The translations under genes and the position numbers were made by a program. A DNA stretch of 63,709 nt, the filler included, from Octopus bimaculoides (Eukaryota): the NCBI RefSeq assembly GCF_001194135.2. It is 5 parts of 4 records of this genome, joined end to end, with 100 filler letters (N's around TTAATTAATTAA, not from the genome) between each part and the next. Parts side by side here need not be neighbours in the genome. Positions count along the whole stretch, not along the records: positions 25,145 to 39,561 come from NC_068994.1; positions 39,662 to 60,476 come from NC_068989.1; 3 more parts are not named here. One strand, written 5' to 3'. Positions 36,667 to 49,694 of the stretch are shown here, one piece after another. Each line of letters opens with the position of its first letter. Position 1 is the stretch's first letter. Under the pieces are notes generated by a model, which did no database searches, was not told the DNA's origin, and saw only the letters and a program-made list of their open reading frames with translations.

Positions 36667-38129
36667 TTCAGAATAACCAGAACTACACAACCCTAAACTT
36701 TCAGCTTCTGTTTAGGAGAATGAGGAAGGGATTTATTGATTATGGTAGCATTACAAATGCTTCAATATGCTCCTATCAAGTAGTAATAATCAATCAGTAG
36801 TTCACACACCGTGCCCAAGACAAGGCCTGCTCTCAAAACCTCAGTGCACCTGTTTGTCAGTAGGTACCATGGATCAGTGTTGTTGACACTGTAGAAACAA
36901 CTGGTCGGCAGTGCCAAGTTCAAAGTCTCCCATGGATGTCTCTAGCAAAGGAGCAAGGTCCTAGTGGTCTTGCCTAATATAAGTTCTTTAAGCCTGGTTC
37001 CGTTGATGGACACATGTGCAGTGATTTAACAACAGGAGCCTAGGAATTCTAACCCAATCTCAGGAGCTACCCAGAATTTCAAATGGAGGTTTTGATAGTG
37101 AACTTCTACTTCAATCAAAACTTATAGCAGTCACTGTGTGTGTGTGTCTGTGTATAAATACATGCTCACATGTGCAATATTAATTAAAGGTTTCAGATTG
37201 TGTTTCTTGCATATTTCTCAAAACTCTTTAATGTAATTAATTAGGTGTATGAAAGACTAAAATGTTGAGGTATCTGTGGCTGTTAATCAAAGTTGGGGGC
37301 TTGCTTCCTTCCATTGTTAATTTGATATCTGCATTCCCAATTTTTATAGAAAGCAAGTTTTCTCAAAGTAGTGACAAAGGGAAGCTTAAGTCTTCAGTAA
37401 CTCTACTGTTTTAAAGCCCTTTTTCCTGAAATTCTAATATATATTCTTTATTTCCTCCCCGTCTCAAAAAAAAAAAAAAAAAAATTAAAGCAAAATTCAA
37501 CCAAACTCTGTCCTACCTTACTGATATGTCTTCAGTTGCTGTTTAACTCTCTTAGAACTTAGCAACTTGCCCTAACTCCTACATCTATTCAACCTTAAAA
37601 CTCTCCAATTAACTTCTTCAGAACACAAGTTTTTTCCTTCCTCACTTTTAATTGTCTAATTTCATTTAATTTATTTCAATTTATTTTATTTCATTTTTGA
37701 ATATTTTTTTTAACCCTCACTTTTTTTTCTTCTTACTCTAACCTGTCTACTCTCTTTCTCTCCCCCCCCCTCCCTCTCTCTCAGTTGCATTCACAGATAT
37801 ATTGCTTCTACATATTGAATGAAGAGATTGACATTGGATACAGAGATTATAATATAGATCATTTGTTGTTTTTTGTGGGGGTTTTGGACCGGTTTACATC
37901 TAGCTTTACCAAATCCTCTGGTATAGAGCAGACTTCAACACCACACTTGTTGAATATTTGAAGCATGCATTTCATTTTGCAACTCTGCACTTCCAGGATT
38001 TCACACGGAGGGCTGCTCATTGGTCAAGTTCCTTCTGCTGTAGCCTTGGGTTGACCAATGTGAGTCAAATTTTGGAGATAAAAACTTTATGGCAGCTCTT
38101 TGTGTGTGTGTGTGTGTATATAAACTAAA

Positions 38130-38447
38130 CTGGCGCTCCATCGGTTAAGATGACGAGGGTTCCAGTTGATCTGATCAACAGAACAGCCTGCTCGTGAAAT
38201 TAAGATGCAAATGGCTGAGCACTCCACAGATGTGTGTACCCTTAACATAGTTCTCAGAGAGATTCAGCATGGCACAGTGTGTGACACAGCTGCCCTTTTG
38301 AAATATAGGTACTACTCATTTTTGCCAGTTGAGTGGACTGGAGCAGTGTGAAATAAATGTCTTGCTCAAGGATACAGCACATCACCAGGAATTGAACTCT
38401 CAACTTGATTATGATCCAAATACCCTAACCACTAAGCCACATGCCTT
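38130..38447 (-). mobile_element. SINE with family D head and CORE-like domain but a different 3' tail
   Basis: 38330-38447 matches the D head (gagtggactggagcagtgtgaaataaatgtcttgctcaagga...accactaagccacatgcc). 38130-38310 is unrelated to the 3971-4150 tail. Confidence 0.7.
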
Positions 38448-38499
38448 CATATATATATTTGTGTGTGTGTGTGTGAATATATGTATATGTTTGTGTGTT

Positions 38500-38543
<44 letters not shown>

Positions 38544-38769
38544 NNNNNNNNNNACATGAACACACACACACACATATATATGCCTGTGTCCATGTAAGTG
38601 TGTGTGTGGTGTCATCAGTGACTAAACCAGCAACCCACAAAGCCTGCTTGATGACGTGGGAGATTACTAGATGCCCTGGGGGATGAAAAACAAAACTTAT
38701 AAAAGAACAACCAAACTTATGTGAATCGGTGGCTATGCAAATGCAGTCCATGTATGCATGCTTAACATA

Positions 38770-38995
38770 CATATAAAGCAGGGCCACATGTGGTTCTCTA
38801 GTGCAGATCCCAACCGCAGCTCCCAAAACTACATGTGGTTCTCTACCACAGCCATCAAGCATTCCTCCAGCAGCCCTCAACAGTCTTCTCTCTGTAAATA
38901 TAATAAATTTTTCCTTAATTGACTTGTTTTACTTTTTTTGGTGTGGCCAGGTTTTGAATCTGAACCGAATAATTAAAAAGGTTGAAAACCACTGA
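38770..38995. mobile_element. Possible hAT MITE remnant
   Basis: The right end aaaaggttgaaaaccactg resembles the right TIR of 35818-36075. The left TIR is not clear. Confidence 0.45.
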
Positions 38996-39453
38996 TATAA
39001 AGACTGGATTTTTGGCAGACCCTTTGAAAGAAACCCAGCTATTAATTGCTAGAGGTGGGGCAATATCCAGCAATGTTAGGGTGCAGTGAGACATATGGGT
39101 CTTCCTGGTCACTCCACTACGCCTACAGTGTGGCTGATATTCCTCACCAGTCATCTAAGCCACCTTGCCAGTGGGGTTGGAAGTAGGAAGTTGAGAGTGA
39201 GGCTGGACATCCAATCCCTCCCTCCTTCCCTCCCTTCATCACTATAATCCCAGCTCAGTGCATGTCACTGGGTCATAGAATGGATGCGGTTCAGTGTTCT
39301 TTTTCTTCATCAACCACAAACACCCAAATCATTCACAAACATATTTTATTTCCCTGCTCCTTCATGTGCCGTATTTAATTTTAGCTTGACCAGCTTGACC
39401 GGGCTGTCAAGCAGTGATGGCGGGGACAAACACAGACACAAAGACACACACAC

Positions 39454-39500
<47 letters not shown>

Positions 39501-39561
39501 GGAGTAAGCACATAAAATGTGCAACAAGGTGGAAAAAAGAGTACTCAAATACCAGAGGTAG

Positions 39562-39661
39562 NNNNNNNNNNNNNNNNNNNNNNNNNNNNNNNNNNNNNNN
39601 NNNNNTTAATTAATTAANNNNNNNNNNNNNNNNNNNNNNNNNNNNNNNNNNNNNNNNNNNN
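39562..39661. other. Artificial scaffold linker (44N-TTAATTAATTAA-44N)
   Basis: Same 100-nt structure as at 25045. Confidence 0.95.
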
Positions 39662-40146
39662 TATATATACAAATACAAATACACAAACGCACATACATGC
39701 ATACACACATATTGGTATATATCAACAGTAAAATTTGAATTAAAAATATTAAATTGGAGAAGCATGAAACCTTACATTTTCGATATAATAAGTAGTAGGT
39801 TCAAAATTTATATAATACTGACTCTACAAATTCTCAAGTCCTACCTTTAAAAAAATCATGTTTATAATCTATACGATGACAGTTACCACGATAGAAACGT
39901 TAATTAGCTAAAAGCATTTCGCTCTGCATCTCTGTGTACATAAATTTATGCTGTTCATTCTAATGTACAGTATAGGATGATGTAACATCGTGATGCCATG
40001 ATAAACTGCTGAAATTCCACCGTAGTTTATTAATAAATTTTAAGCACCAAATATTCTTATTAATATAAACCAAATGTTGCAGAAAAATATTTATGCTGTC
40101 GTAATACAATACGCACATATATGTATGCTCTTACACGTACATGTGT

Positions 40147-40440
40147 GCGGGTATATATTCATACATATACTCTTTTACTATTTTAGTCTTTTAGTTGTTT
40201 CACTCATCTGACTGCAGCCATGCTGGAGCACCGCCTTTAGTCGAGAAAATCGACCCCAGGACTTATTCTTTGTAAGCATAGTACTTATTCTATCGGCCTC
40301 TTTTGCGAACCGCTAAGTTACGGGGGCGTAAACACACCAGCATCGGTTGTCAACTGATGTTGCGGGGCAAACACAGATACACAAACACAGATACACACAC
40401 ACATACACATACACACACACACATACACACACACACACAG
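40147..40440 (-). mobile_element. SINE family A 3' half
   Basis: gccatgctggagcaccgcctttagtcgag...gaaccgctaagttacggg...gcatcggttgtcaa is the reverse complement of 11030-11190. Confidence 0.9.
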
Positions 40441-40703
40441 TGTTTGTATGTGTAAATGCGATGTTGAATATCATTATTCACTATTCTCAGAGCATCTGGA
40501 TGAATATGTTTTATGTTCCATCGTGTATTATTTTATTTGTTATCCGTTAGAAAACTATTCCGGAAGACCCAAAGCTCCCATGAAGAACAATGTAGTTTCC
40601 ATTGCCGTTCCGTATGAGGAAAGCATAATTGTCACCACATACAAAATCTCATCTTGCTGAATCAGGTACGTGACAACTTGCCTATGAACTTAATCGTGAA
40701 CGT

Positions 40704-40899
40704 CTTTCTCATACGGCATTCCATCTTCTTGCATAATCTTTCTCATACGGCATTCCATTTTCTTGCATAATCTTTCTCATACGGCATTCCATTTTCTTGC
40801 ATAATCTTTCTCATACGGCATTCCATTTTCTTGCATAATCTTTCTCATACGGCATTCCATTTTCTTGCATAAACTTTCTCATACGGCATTCCATTTTCT
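40704..40899. repeat. 34-bp tandem repeat (ctttctcatacggcattccattttcttgcataat), about 5.8 copies
   Basis: Units start at 40704, 40738, 40772, 40806, 40840 and 40874 and are nearly identical. Confidence 0.97.
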
Positions 40900-41805
40900 G
40901 GTCTGCGTTTTGAAGGATTAACTTGCTTACCCTCATATTTAACAATGTCAAGTCCTTTAAAATTGTAACATTCTTTATTCCCTAAGTTTCCACACACTAG
41001 CTCCATTCTCAAGTGATCTAGAGGGATCATATACAAACAGAGAATGTAGCCCCAAATCGGCACTCATATTAGATCGTATACCACGAAGATCATCCTATGA
41101 GAGTAGACATAAATAACTCAGAAAAATCTGCATTTAATATTTAGCTTTTTAACAAACTTAAGTGTATATGTTCACTTTATAAATTACTGACACCCTATGT
41201 ACTGTATATATATGACAAAAAGGTCCACGTTTTTCACGTCAGTGAGGCTGATGCAGCTACGCTCGAAATTTTAGTCACGTATGCAAAATTACGTGTCAAT
41301 TGTCTACAATGGTCGACACACATTCCCAGTGCATCGTTACCATATTTCTATCATCTATTATTAAGACATTCTTGACACAAATTCTGCATGCAATTTCATT
41401 GTATCACATCATTTCGTCGCGACAAGTTAACTTCTTCAGCACCAAAATATCAATTACACATACTCCCTCCCAGGAAAATCAGTTACTGGAATCCCATCCT
41501 CAGCAGCGTATTGCGGAAGGTGAAATTTGAATAAATTGATTTTGCAACTGTTGTTTGAGTGTTATTCACATGAATATAAAACGTATGGAAAGCACTAGTT
41601 ATAAAGACCTTGGGAAAATGTTTGTTATAAGTATAACAAATATAAAGAAAGTGAATGCGACATTTGTTGTAAAGGGATTTCATGGTTTTGCATACAGACG
41701 ACAGCTATTCTGTGTAATTCTACTTTAATTTATTCACACCACGTATAGACTCGGAATTTAAGCACAGGTAAACGATTATACACAGATACACATGCATATA
41801 TGAAG

Positions 41806-41855
<50 letters not shown>

Positions 41856-42262
41856 NNNNNNNNNNNNNNNNNNNNNNNNNNNNNNNNNNNNNNNNNNNNN
41901 NNNNNNNNNNNNNNNNNNNNNNNNNNNNNNNNNNNNNNNNNNNNNNNNNNNNNNNNNNNNNNNNNNNNNNNNNNNNNNNNNNNNNNNNNNNNNNNNNNNN
42001 NNNNNNNNNNNNNNNNNNNNNNNNNNNNNNNNNNNNNNNNNNNNNNNNNNNNNNNNNNNNNNNNNNNNNNNNNNNNNNNNNNNNNNNNNNNNNNNNNNNN
42101 NNNNNNNNNNNNNNNNNNNNNNNNNNNNNNNNNNNNNNNNNNNNNNNNNNNNNNNNNNNNNNNNNNNNNNNNNNNNNNNNNNNNNNNNNNNNNNNNNNNN
42201 NNNNNNNNNNNNNNNNNNNNNNNNNNNNNNNNNNNNNNNNNNNNNNNNNNNNNNNNNNNNNN

Positions 42263-42313
<51 letters not shown>

Positions 42314-42331
42314 ATGTGTGTATGTGTGTGT

Positions 42332-42370
<39 letters not shown>

Positions 42371-44592
42371 CGTATATTTATATATACATATGTATATATA
42401 TATATATATAATTATATATATATATGAATAGACATTCTCACACGCGCATACTGCAGTGCAATCTACACACTCATACACGCGCGTGCGCATACACGGACAC
42501 CGGACAATTTAGGATTTCAGCTTATCTCCTGCTTTTAACCGTAATTTCAATCTCTGAATTTACAAGTGCTTTTTTTTTTTTCCATTTCCTAAATGAATCC
42601 GAGGCTGGTCATATATATTTGTTCGATAGTTATATTATTGATGTTTTGTCTGCACTTCATTATTCATTTCCGTTTTTCTGAATGTTACTATGTGTCGATA
42701 TGCCACCTTCATTCTGATTGCATACGTTTGAAATATTATTGCCACACTATGCATAATTCTTGGGATGGTCAACTCTTTCGTTTGGTAAAAAAGGTATTAG
42801 CTGTTGCTAATGTATTGTAAACATGAACACTGTATATTTGAAATTAGTTTGATACCTATTTTTTTTATGCTTTCATTTTATTTATAGTGTTTCATTTCTT
42901 TATATTTGTCTTATTTGTTGTTGTTATATCATTTCCTGCAGCATATCATGAAACAATACTATCACATTTCATTTTATATCTCGAAACTATCACAAGCTTA
43001 AATTTTATATATGATCAAACGTAAATGGAAACAGAAGGGCTGTCGTAAGCGGTGTCGAGGTAGGATTGGCTTCTGGATCGAAGACGATACACATCAATCC
43101 TAGGATTAGGAATGTGCAGGAAAGGAAGCGTAGCTTTGAATGAATAAAATCATATGGCTCTAAATGAATAACATGGACCTGAATGTGTTACATATGTGCA
43201 AAATGTTCCTGCGCTCACGGCAATTTACTTAGTGACTCACTTCTACACTTGGCTGTTTGCGTTACTGATCGTTTTCTAAAGCTGCACTGTTTTAACTGCT
43301 TTCATCGCACCAAGCAAGCCATAAACACAATCATTAAAATTATCCTCACAACAAGCAATTCTACACCCGTCGTAACATCTACATTAAAAGCATGCTATCC
43401 ACCGTCCTAAATATAATCATAGAAATACTCATAAACATCATCTTAAGGGCGAAAACAAATTCTGCTAATACGAGATGCAATAACAAAGGCAGATCGAATT
43501 GACCATATCATTGATCATTTATACTACATCACACACATCACTACCACATCGATCTCAACCTGAACAAACTGTAGCAGTAAAGCTGTCTCCCTGCCTAGCA
43601 TGAACAATATCGTAAAAGACGTAGTCATTTTGAACAAAGCAAAGCTGAATATATATTATCTGATCAAAGAAGAATATTCAGAGTTGGATTAAGTTCTATA
43701 GTATATCTCCTGGATTACAGAAAACACCTCAGCAAAAACGAAAAATAAATAAATAAAAAGAGTAGCTAACATCATAAATATATATGTATATANNNNNNNN
43801 NNNNNNNNNNNNNNNNNNNNNNNNNNNNNNNNNNNNNNNNNNNNNNNNNNNNNNNNNNNNNNNNNNNNNNNNNNNNNNNNNNNNNNNNNNNNNNNNNNNN
43901 NNNNNNNNNNNNNNNNNNNNNNNNNNNNNNNNNNNNNNNNNNNNNNNNNNNNNNNNNNNNNNNNNNNNNNNNNNNNNNNNNNNNNNNNNNNNNNNNNNNN
44001 NNNNNNNNNNNNNNNNNNNNNNNNNNNNNNNNNNNNNNNNNNNNNNNNNNNNNNNNNNNNNNNNNNNNNNNNNNNNNNNNNNNNNNNNNNNNNNNNNNNN
44101 NNNNNNNNNNNNNNNNNNNNNNNNNNNNNNNNNNNNNNNNNNNNNNNNNNNNNNNNNNNNNNNNNNNNNNNNNNNNNNNNNNNNNNNNNNNNNNNNNNNN
44201 NNNNNNNNNNNNNNNNNNNNNNNNNNNNNNNNNNNNNNNNNNNNNNNNNNNNNNNNNNNNNNNNNNNNNNNNNNNNNNNNNNNNNNNNNNNNNNNNNNNN
44301 NNNNNNNNNNNNNNNNNNNNNNNNNNNNNNNNNNNNNNNNNNNNNNNNNNNNNNNNNNNNNNNNNNNNNNNNNNNNNNNNNNNNNNNNNNNNNNNNNNNN
44401 NNNNNNNNNNNNNNNNNNNNNNNNNNNNNNNNNNNNNNNNNNNNNNNNNNNNNNNNNNNNNNNNNNNNNNNNNNNNNNNNNNNNNNNNNNNNNNNNNNNN
44501 NNNNNNNNNNNNNNNNNNNNNNNNNNNNNNNNNNNNNNNNNNNNNNNNNNNNNNNNNNNNNNNNNNNNNNNNNNNNNNNNNNNNNNNNNNNN

Positions 44593-44625
<33 letters not shown>

Positions 44626-44812
44626 CATACATACATACATATATATATCCAATACATTAGTGTGCGCGCTTTCAAGTGTATTTGAGTGTGTGTAAGGGTA
44701 GAATTATTTTCGTAAGATTGTCTATTAGAAAAAAATACTCATACGTAACGCATATGAACACATATTTAGACATACACAAACAGGCACAACAAATAAGCAA
44801 CACATCCACATA

Positions 44813-44851
<39 letters not shown>

Positions 44852-45650
44852 GTACATAAATACATACGCACATACACATTGATATAAACATATACGTGTT
44901 AGTATTTATGAATATATGCATATAAATATTAATGTGTACATGTGTGCATACATAGATATATTCACACATACACGCATGAGTGTGCATTTATTTATATGCG
45001 ATTGTGTATTTAGTTCTTGTGCATGTCTAAGTGCGAATGTGAGTGTAGATGTATATTATTTACAGATCAGTTTTTTTTTTTTTTTATATATAACGATCAT
45101 GCTAAAATAACATTACTAAACGTATGTTATATTTAAGAGGGTATATCTCACTTATGGAATATTTTTTACGATGTTGCCTGAGTTAGATATCGAAATCATC
45201 ATCATCAGATTGACTGAAGTAGTCACATGCCTTCCGGCATATTATTAAGATTGTGCTTTAATCAGAAGTTTTTTTTGTTATTTTTTTTAATACTGCAATC
45301 TCACCAGAAACAATTCTAGCTCTTTCTTCCGTCTTTTCCAGATTGCCCAAACAAGATATACTACCTAATTTGTTCATTCATATTCGTTGTATTTATTTTT
45401 TATTTATTTTTTTCCTTTATCGATTCGATTTCCTGAGAAATTCGTTCCTTCTATCGCATCATATTCACTTTTTCATTAATCAAGCTAATTAAATCTTTTC
45501 TATTTTTCCCTCTACTCGTGTCACACGCCATTTGTGTTATATTATTAACCAAGTGACCTGTTTTATCTAGTTTTTCCTACAACTATGTTACTGACACTAA
45601 CCTTAATCCATTTCAGTTTTTTTTATTAACTTTTATCTATACGTTTTGCA

Positions 45651-45807
45651 TTTTATCTTCTTCTTCTTGTTCTTCTTGTTCACCTTCTTGTTCTTCTTGT
45701 TCTTGTTCTTGTTCTTGTTCTTCTTCTTCTTCTTCTTCTTCTTCTTCTTCTTCTTCTTCTTCTTCTTCTTCTTCTTCTTCTTCTTCTTCTTCTTCTTCTT
45801 CTTCTTC
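45651..45807. repeat. (TTC)n about 29 pure units preceded by (TTGTTC)n
   Basis: Direct reading; gives the poly-K and poly-F ORFs. Confidence 0.95.
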
Positions 45808-46192
45808 CCCCCTTTCCTATTTTGTTTTCTATTAATATTTCTACCACTACTCTGAGTTGTACTCCTAAGTTTCTCTATTTTCCTTCTCCGCCTCCTCCTC
45901 ATTATTGTTACTTTTATTTACAATTGCTCTTAACCTTTCACCCATAACTAATTCACCCCCCTCAACAACCACACCCTTTCTTTTTTCTTCGACCTCTTGA
46001 AATTCTCTTCTCGGAATATTTATTTTTGACGTTCGCCTGAATATATATCATGCAGTTCATTTTCTTCTTACTCCTTAAGTTTCTTTACTATGTTTTACAT
46101 TTTTTTTTTATTAGATATTTTAGTTCATTCTTCCGGTACATTTCAATCAACTTATTACTCCCCTCACGTATCACACTCCTTCATTTTGGTTA

Positions 46193-46240
<48 letters not shown>

Positions 46241-47699
46241 GTGTTCTGTTCTTATAGTTTCTTAATATTTCTCTGCTGCTTAATTTGATTCATATCGTCA
46301 TTTCTATGTCCTTCTCTTCTTCCAAAGTTATTCTCTTCCTATTTTTTCTCTCGTGTTCATGCTATCTCCATCTCCTTCCCCTCCAGTCCTCTCCCTTATT
46401 TACTATTTCTAAATCTTCTTACTAATACAAACTACAAGACTTCCACAATATATTATCATTTTATTTCTCTTCTTCCTCTCTTTCCTGCTGCCCTGGCTCT
46501 TGTTTCCTACTTCTCTCTTCTCTTTGCCATCTTCGATTTCGTCTAGTTAACCTAGACAGCCAGTTTCCCTTTCCGTACATACGCTTTATATATATCCTAC
46601 CTTTAATTGTACGCTCTGTGGCTTTGCTCGTCCAACTATACTTAGCTGAATCCGTTCCGATATAGATCCGACAAGCGGCAGAAGCAATGTTGTAGTAATG
46701 TTACAGCGGTAAGCCATCCGCTGAAGCGAGACAGAATATTCGCCAAGTAACGCTTGCCTGCAATATCTGACATCTCAAATAAAGAGTTTTTCTATAGCAT
46801 CTTTGAGATGATAAGACGAAAATAGAAGACCAAAAATAAATAAATAAACGCAAGAAAAGGAAATAAAAGCAAAGATAATGCGCTATTATTTCCACTCCAT
46901 CAAATCTTATATATCAAATCTGAATAATTCTGTATTCAATTTCTTTTTATGAAGTATAGCGTACGAAATATGTCAATGATGCACCGTCGTTTATTATAGA
47001 TTGTATATAATATATGTGTTAACATTACAATGTAGTTTTATATTAACAAACACATGAAAATATTAGCGCCGTTTTCTTTGTTTGTTTAGAATAGGTGAAT
47101 TGATAGCTTACATAGGAACGGCACAGGAATATAAATAGACAATCGCAAATTTAATAGGAAATGGCATACAATTTTCTTTAGACTGTAGATGAGAAAAGAG
47201 TAGGCTATGATCGATTGAGTTTACTACAATCTATAACTAGTACTGTTCTTTGTAAGTCATACTAGTAACATGTGCAATGAAAATGTCAACATCTATTTCT
47301 ATTTCAGTGTTATAACTCTGAATCCTACTGTTTGACTTTGTTTCGATTAGCAGGAATTATTTTAAAAATGATCTTCACTGATTCTAACCATATTTAAATG
47401 AAAGTAAGAGTAGGTTAACACTGGTGACAGGTCCTGAAACTAGATATCCGTTAAGCAGAAGAATGTATTTAAAGTAGTCGGCTATGCACCTGAACCCATC
47501 TTTCTTTGCATGCAGTGTATATTTATTAATGAAATGAGTGGGAAAATGGTTGCCGCAGCAGCATATGATTGTTAGTAATCTGCAGGATAGCTATCTTTAC
47601 CTCAAAAGTCCGTTATAGTGTTTAGTTTTAGTTTTAGAATGCTGGATATATAACCTGATATTTGGAATTTGTCATATACTGAATGATTAAATGAAACAT

Positions 47700-49250
47700 T
47701 AACGTTTATAGGTCTGCACGATGCAACTTGCTAATGAAAGAAATGAACTTCTTTTACATAACGGAGAAGATCATGTTTCTGATAAAGAACTACTATCACC
47801 CAATAAGGCATTCATGGACGACATGATAATATATATTGGAGACCAAAAGTCTATGCAAAGAGTGCATTGGCTGAACTAATAAATCACGCACTGTAACTTT
47901 TGCCAAAGGTCAACAGAAGCAAGTGAATTTCAAAATATTTCGAGAAACAACTGTTTATAGGCAACCCTGAAAAGAACTTCGGACGATAGCAAATTAACTC
48001 GCTTTCTAATGAAAGTAGTGACGATGCGATCATGACACACATTGAGTATAAGTTGAACCTCATAGACTGGTCAAACCTGTTGGGCCAATAGAAAGTTTAG
48101 TGCCAGCGGTTTGGCTTATATACTCGTGTTGCTCGACCCATGCTCATATATGAAGTAGCACTAGCGAGAGTGGAGGCCATCAAGCACGAAAGCAGTATTT
48201 ACACAAGATGTCTTGGGTCTGTTTCGAAGAATTAGCAGTTAAGCACTGTATCGGAAAGAGGGAATCTACAACTACTCATAACATGATGTGGAGCACATCG
48301 CGGTTGAGTTTCCTTCTTCAAGCTACCGTTAATATACTGTTAACCTAACGCATACTTCTGAGATGGAAAACAGCAAATGATGACAAATGTAGATGCAGAA
48401 ATGTTGGCGCGTTGAGACATATTCTACCTAAATGGCCAACTGCGTTCGAAAACTATACATGCAGGTAACGAGGCCCGCAAAATTTCTGTAGTGCCTCCAA
48501 GAAGCAGATGGAAAGAAGCAGTGATGAAAAGAAACTGCACAAAGATGGAAGTAAACTTTTAATCATGTTTGTCATTCAAGATCAACATGGTTACCCATAA
48601 CAGATGAAAGCTATGAATGACAAGAGCTGGGACGGTGTATGGGACGTAGCAGGAGAGTTTGTAGGATATGAACGCCTCTTTTCAGTAGCAATAAGGAAGA
48701 AGCCGGATGTGACAATATGCTTTGAACACCTTGTTGAATTAACTGTTTCACACGAAGACAATTTAAATGTAGCCCAAATTGGGAAAGTAGAGAATTATGT
48801 AGGGCTACTAGAAAAGACTGTATCATAGTGCAGTACACTTTTCTATCGAAGTTGGATGTAGCAGTTTTACTGGAATCAGCCTCATACAATGGCTGCTATC
48901 AATTAGTGTCCAGTATCGGCAACGAAACGCCATCTTGAAGGAAACTCAATCGAGTGTTGGGAAAGTTAACGATTGAAGATGTCTGAAAAGGAATGATGAA
49001 ACCTAGTTGGAGAGGTGATGATCACGAGATGGACTTGAGTTAGAATACTAGTTAACTGAAACTGTAGGCAGGGATCAAATCACTGAGGTCGGCGTTAGTG
49101 CGCTGTAAAGCCATCGAGAGGTAGGCACTGAAACGGTGCATATTTTCTCCTGATGTAACCTGAAACCTGACAGCCGGTATGGGCATTTTTCAAATGACTG
49201 AACCTGCGCTGACGAGCGTTTTTAAAGTCTCTGTATGTTCTGTTTATAAC
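47700..49250 (+). mobile_element. Decayed HERO-like (R2-group, RLE) non-LTR retrotransposon
   Basis: RT motif KAFMDD (FMDD at 47811-47822) and KSRTVTFAKG; SRLSFLLQAT; zinc-knuckle relic DDKCRCRNVGALRHILPKWP (48379-48438); RLE KPDV..ELTVSHEDN..KVENY; IEVGCSSF (48845-48868). Many stops and frameshifts. Confidence 0.85.
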
Positions 49251-49476
49251 ATGTATCAAGGCATGATATTACTCCAGAAATGATATAATATTTACGTGTT
49301 AAAAAGCGCCACAAATTTATCACTAGAGCACATTCTAAAACAAATAGCAAATGATAATCATTCACTTTTAAGGCATTCTATTCAAAAACATATGTGAAAG
49401 TATTTATGAAACTATTCCAGTTATTATTTACATCATTTACGTTTGACGGATATATATCCTAATCTCGTTTGTTGTT

Positions 49477-49522
49477 AACACAAACTTTCGGCTGATATAC
49501 TCTCCAACCTTCATCAGGTATC
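49477..49522 (-). ncRNA. Degenerate minimal type I hammerhead ribozyme in the Penelope 3' region
   Basis: Minus strand: gatac-CTGATGA-a-GGTTG-gagagtatat-CAGCC-GAAA-gttt-gtgtt. Stems I and II pair (with G-U). The stem III/cleavage triplet is mutated relative to GAAAC-GUH. Confidence 0.7.
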
Positions 49523-49622
49523 TTTGGGAAATTTCGAACCTGGGTTCTCATTTCTAAGGTATTTTCGATGTTGTCGTTATCATTATTATTGTTATTGTTA
49601 TTATTATTATTATTATTATTAT

Positions 49623-49694
49623 GGTCACTGCCTGGAATCGAACTCAGAATCTCGGGGTTAGTAGACCGCGCTCATAACCACTACGTCATATACC
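49623..49694 (-). pseudogene. tRNA-like Pol III promoter module
   Basis: Minus strand ggtatatgacgtagtggttatgagcgcgg...ctgagttcgattccaggcagtgacc has A-box TGACGTAGTGG and B-box GAGTTCGATTCC at tRNA spacing. The cloverleaf is imperfect, so it is not a functional tRNA. Confidence 0.7.

Noticed and set aside
39497-39561. Start of a TA-flanked dispersed repeat (accggagtaagcacataaa...)
   Set aside because: It is cut by the linker after about 65 nt, too little to classify from this window.
39875-39905. Third hammerhead (acgatga...gaaacgtt)
   Set aside because: The core lacks a base and no stem II can be formed.
40704-40899. 34-bp repeats as a CRISPR array
   Set aside because: The units are contiguous with no spacers.
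49623-49694. Functional tRNA gene
   Set aside because: Acceptor and T stems pair poorly, there is no oligo-T terminator, and it is embedded in a Penelope 3' region.
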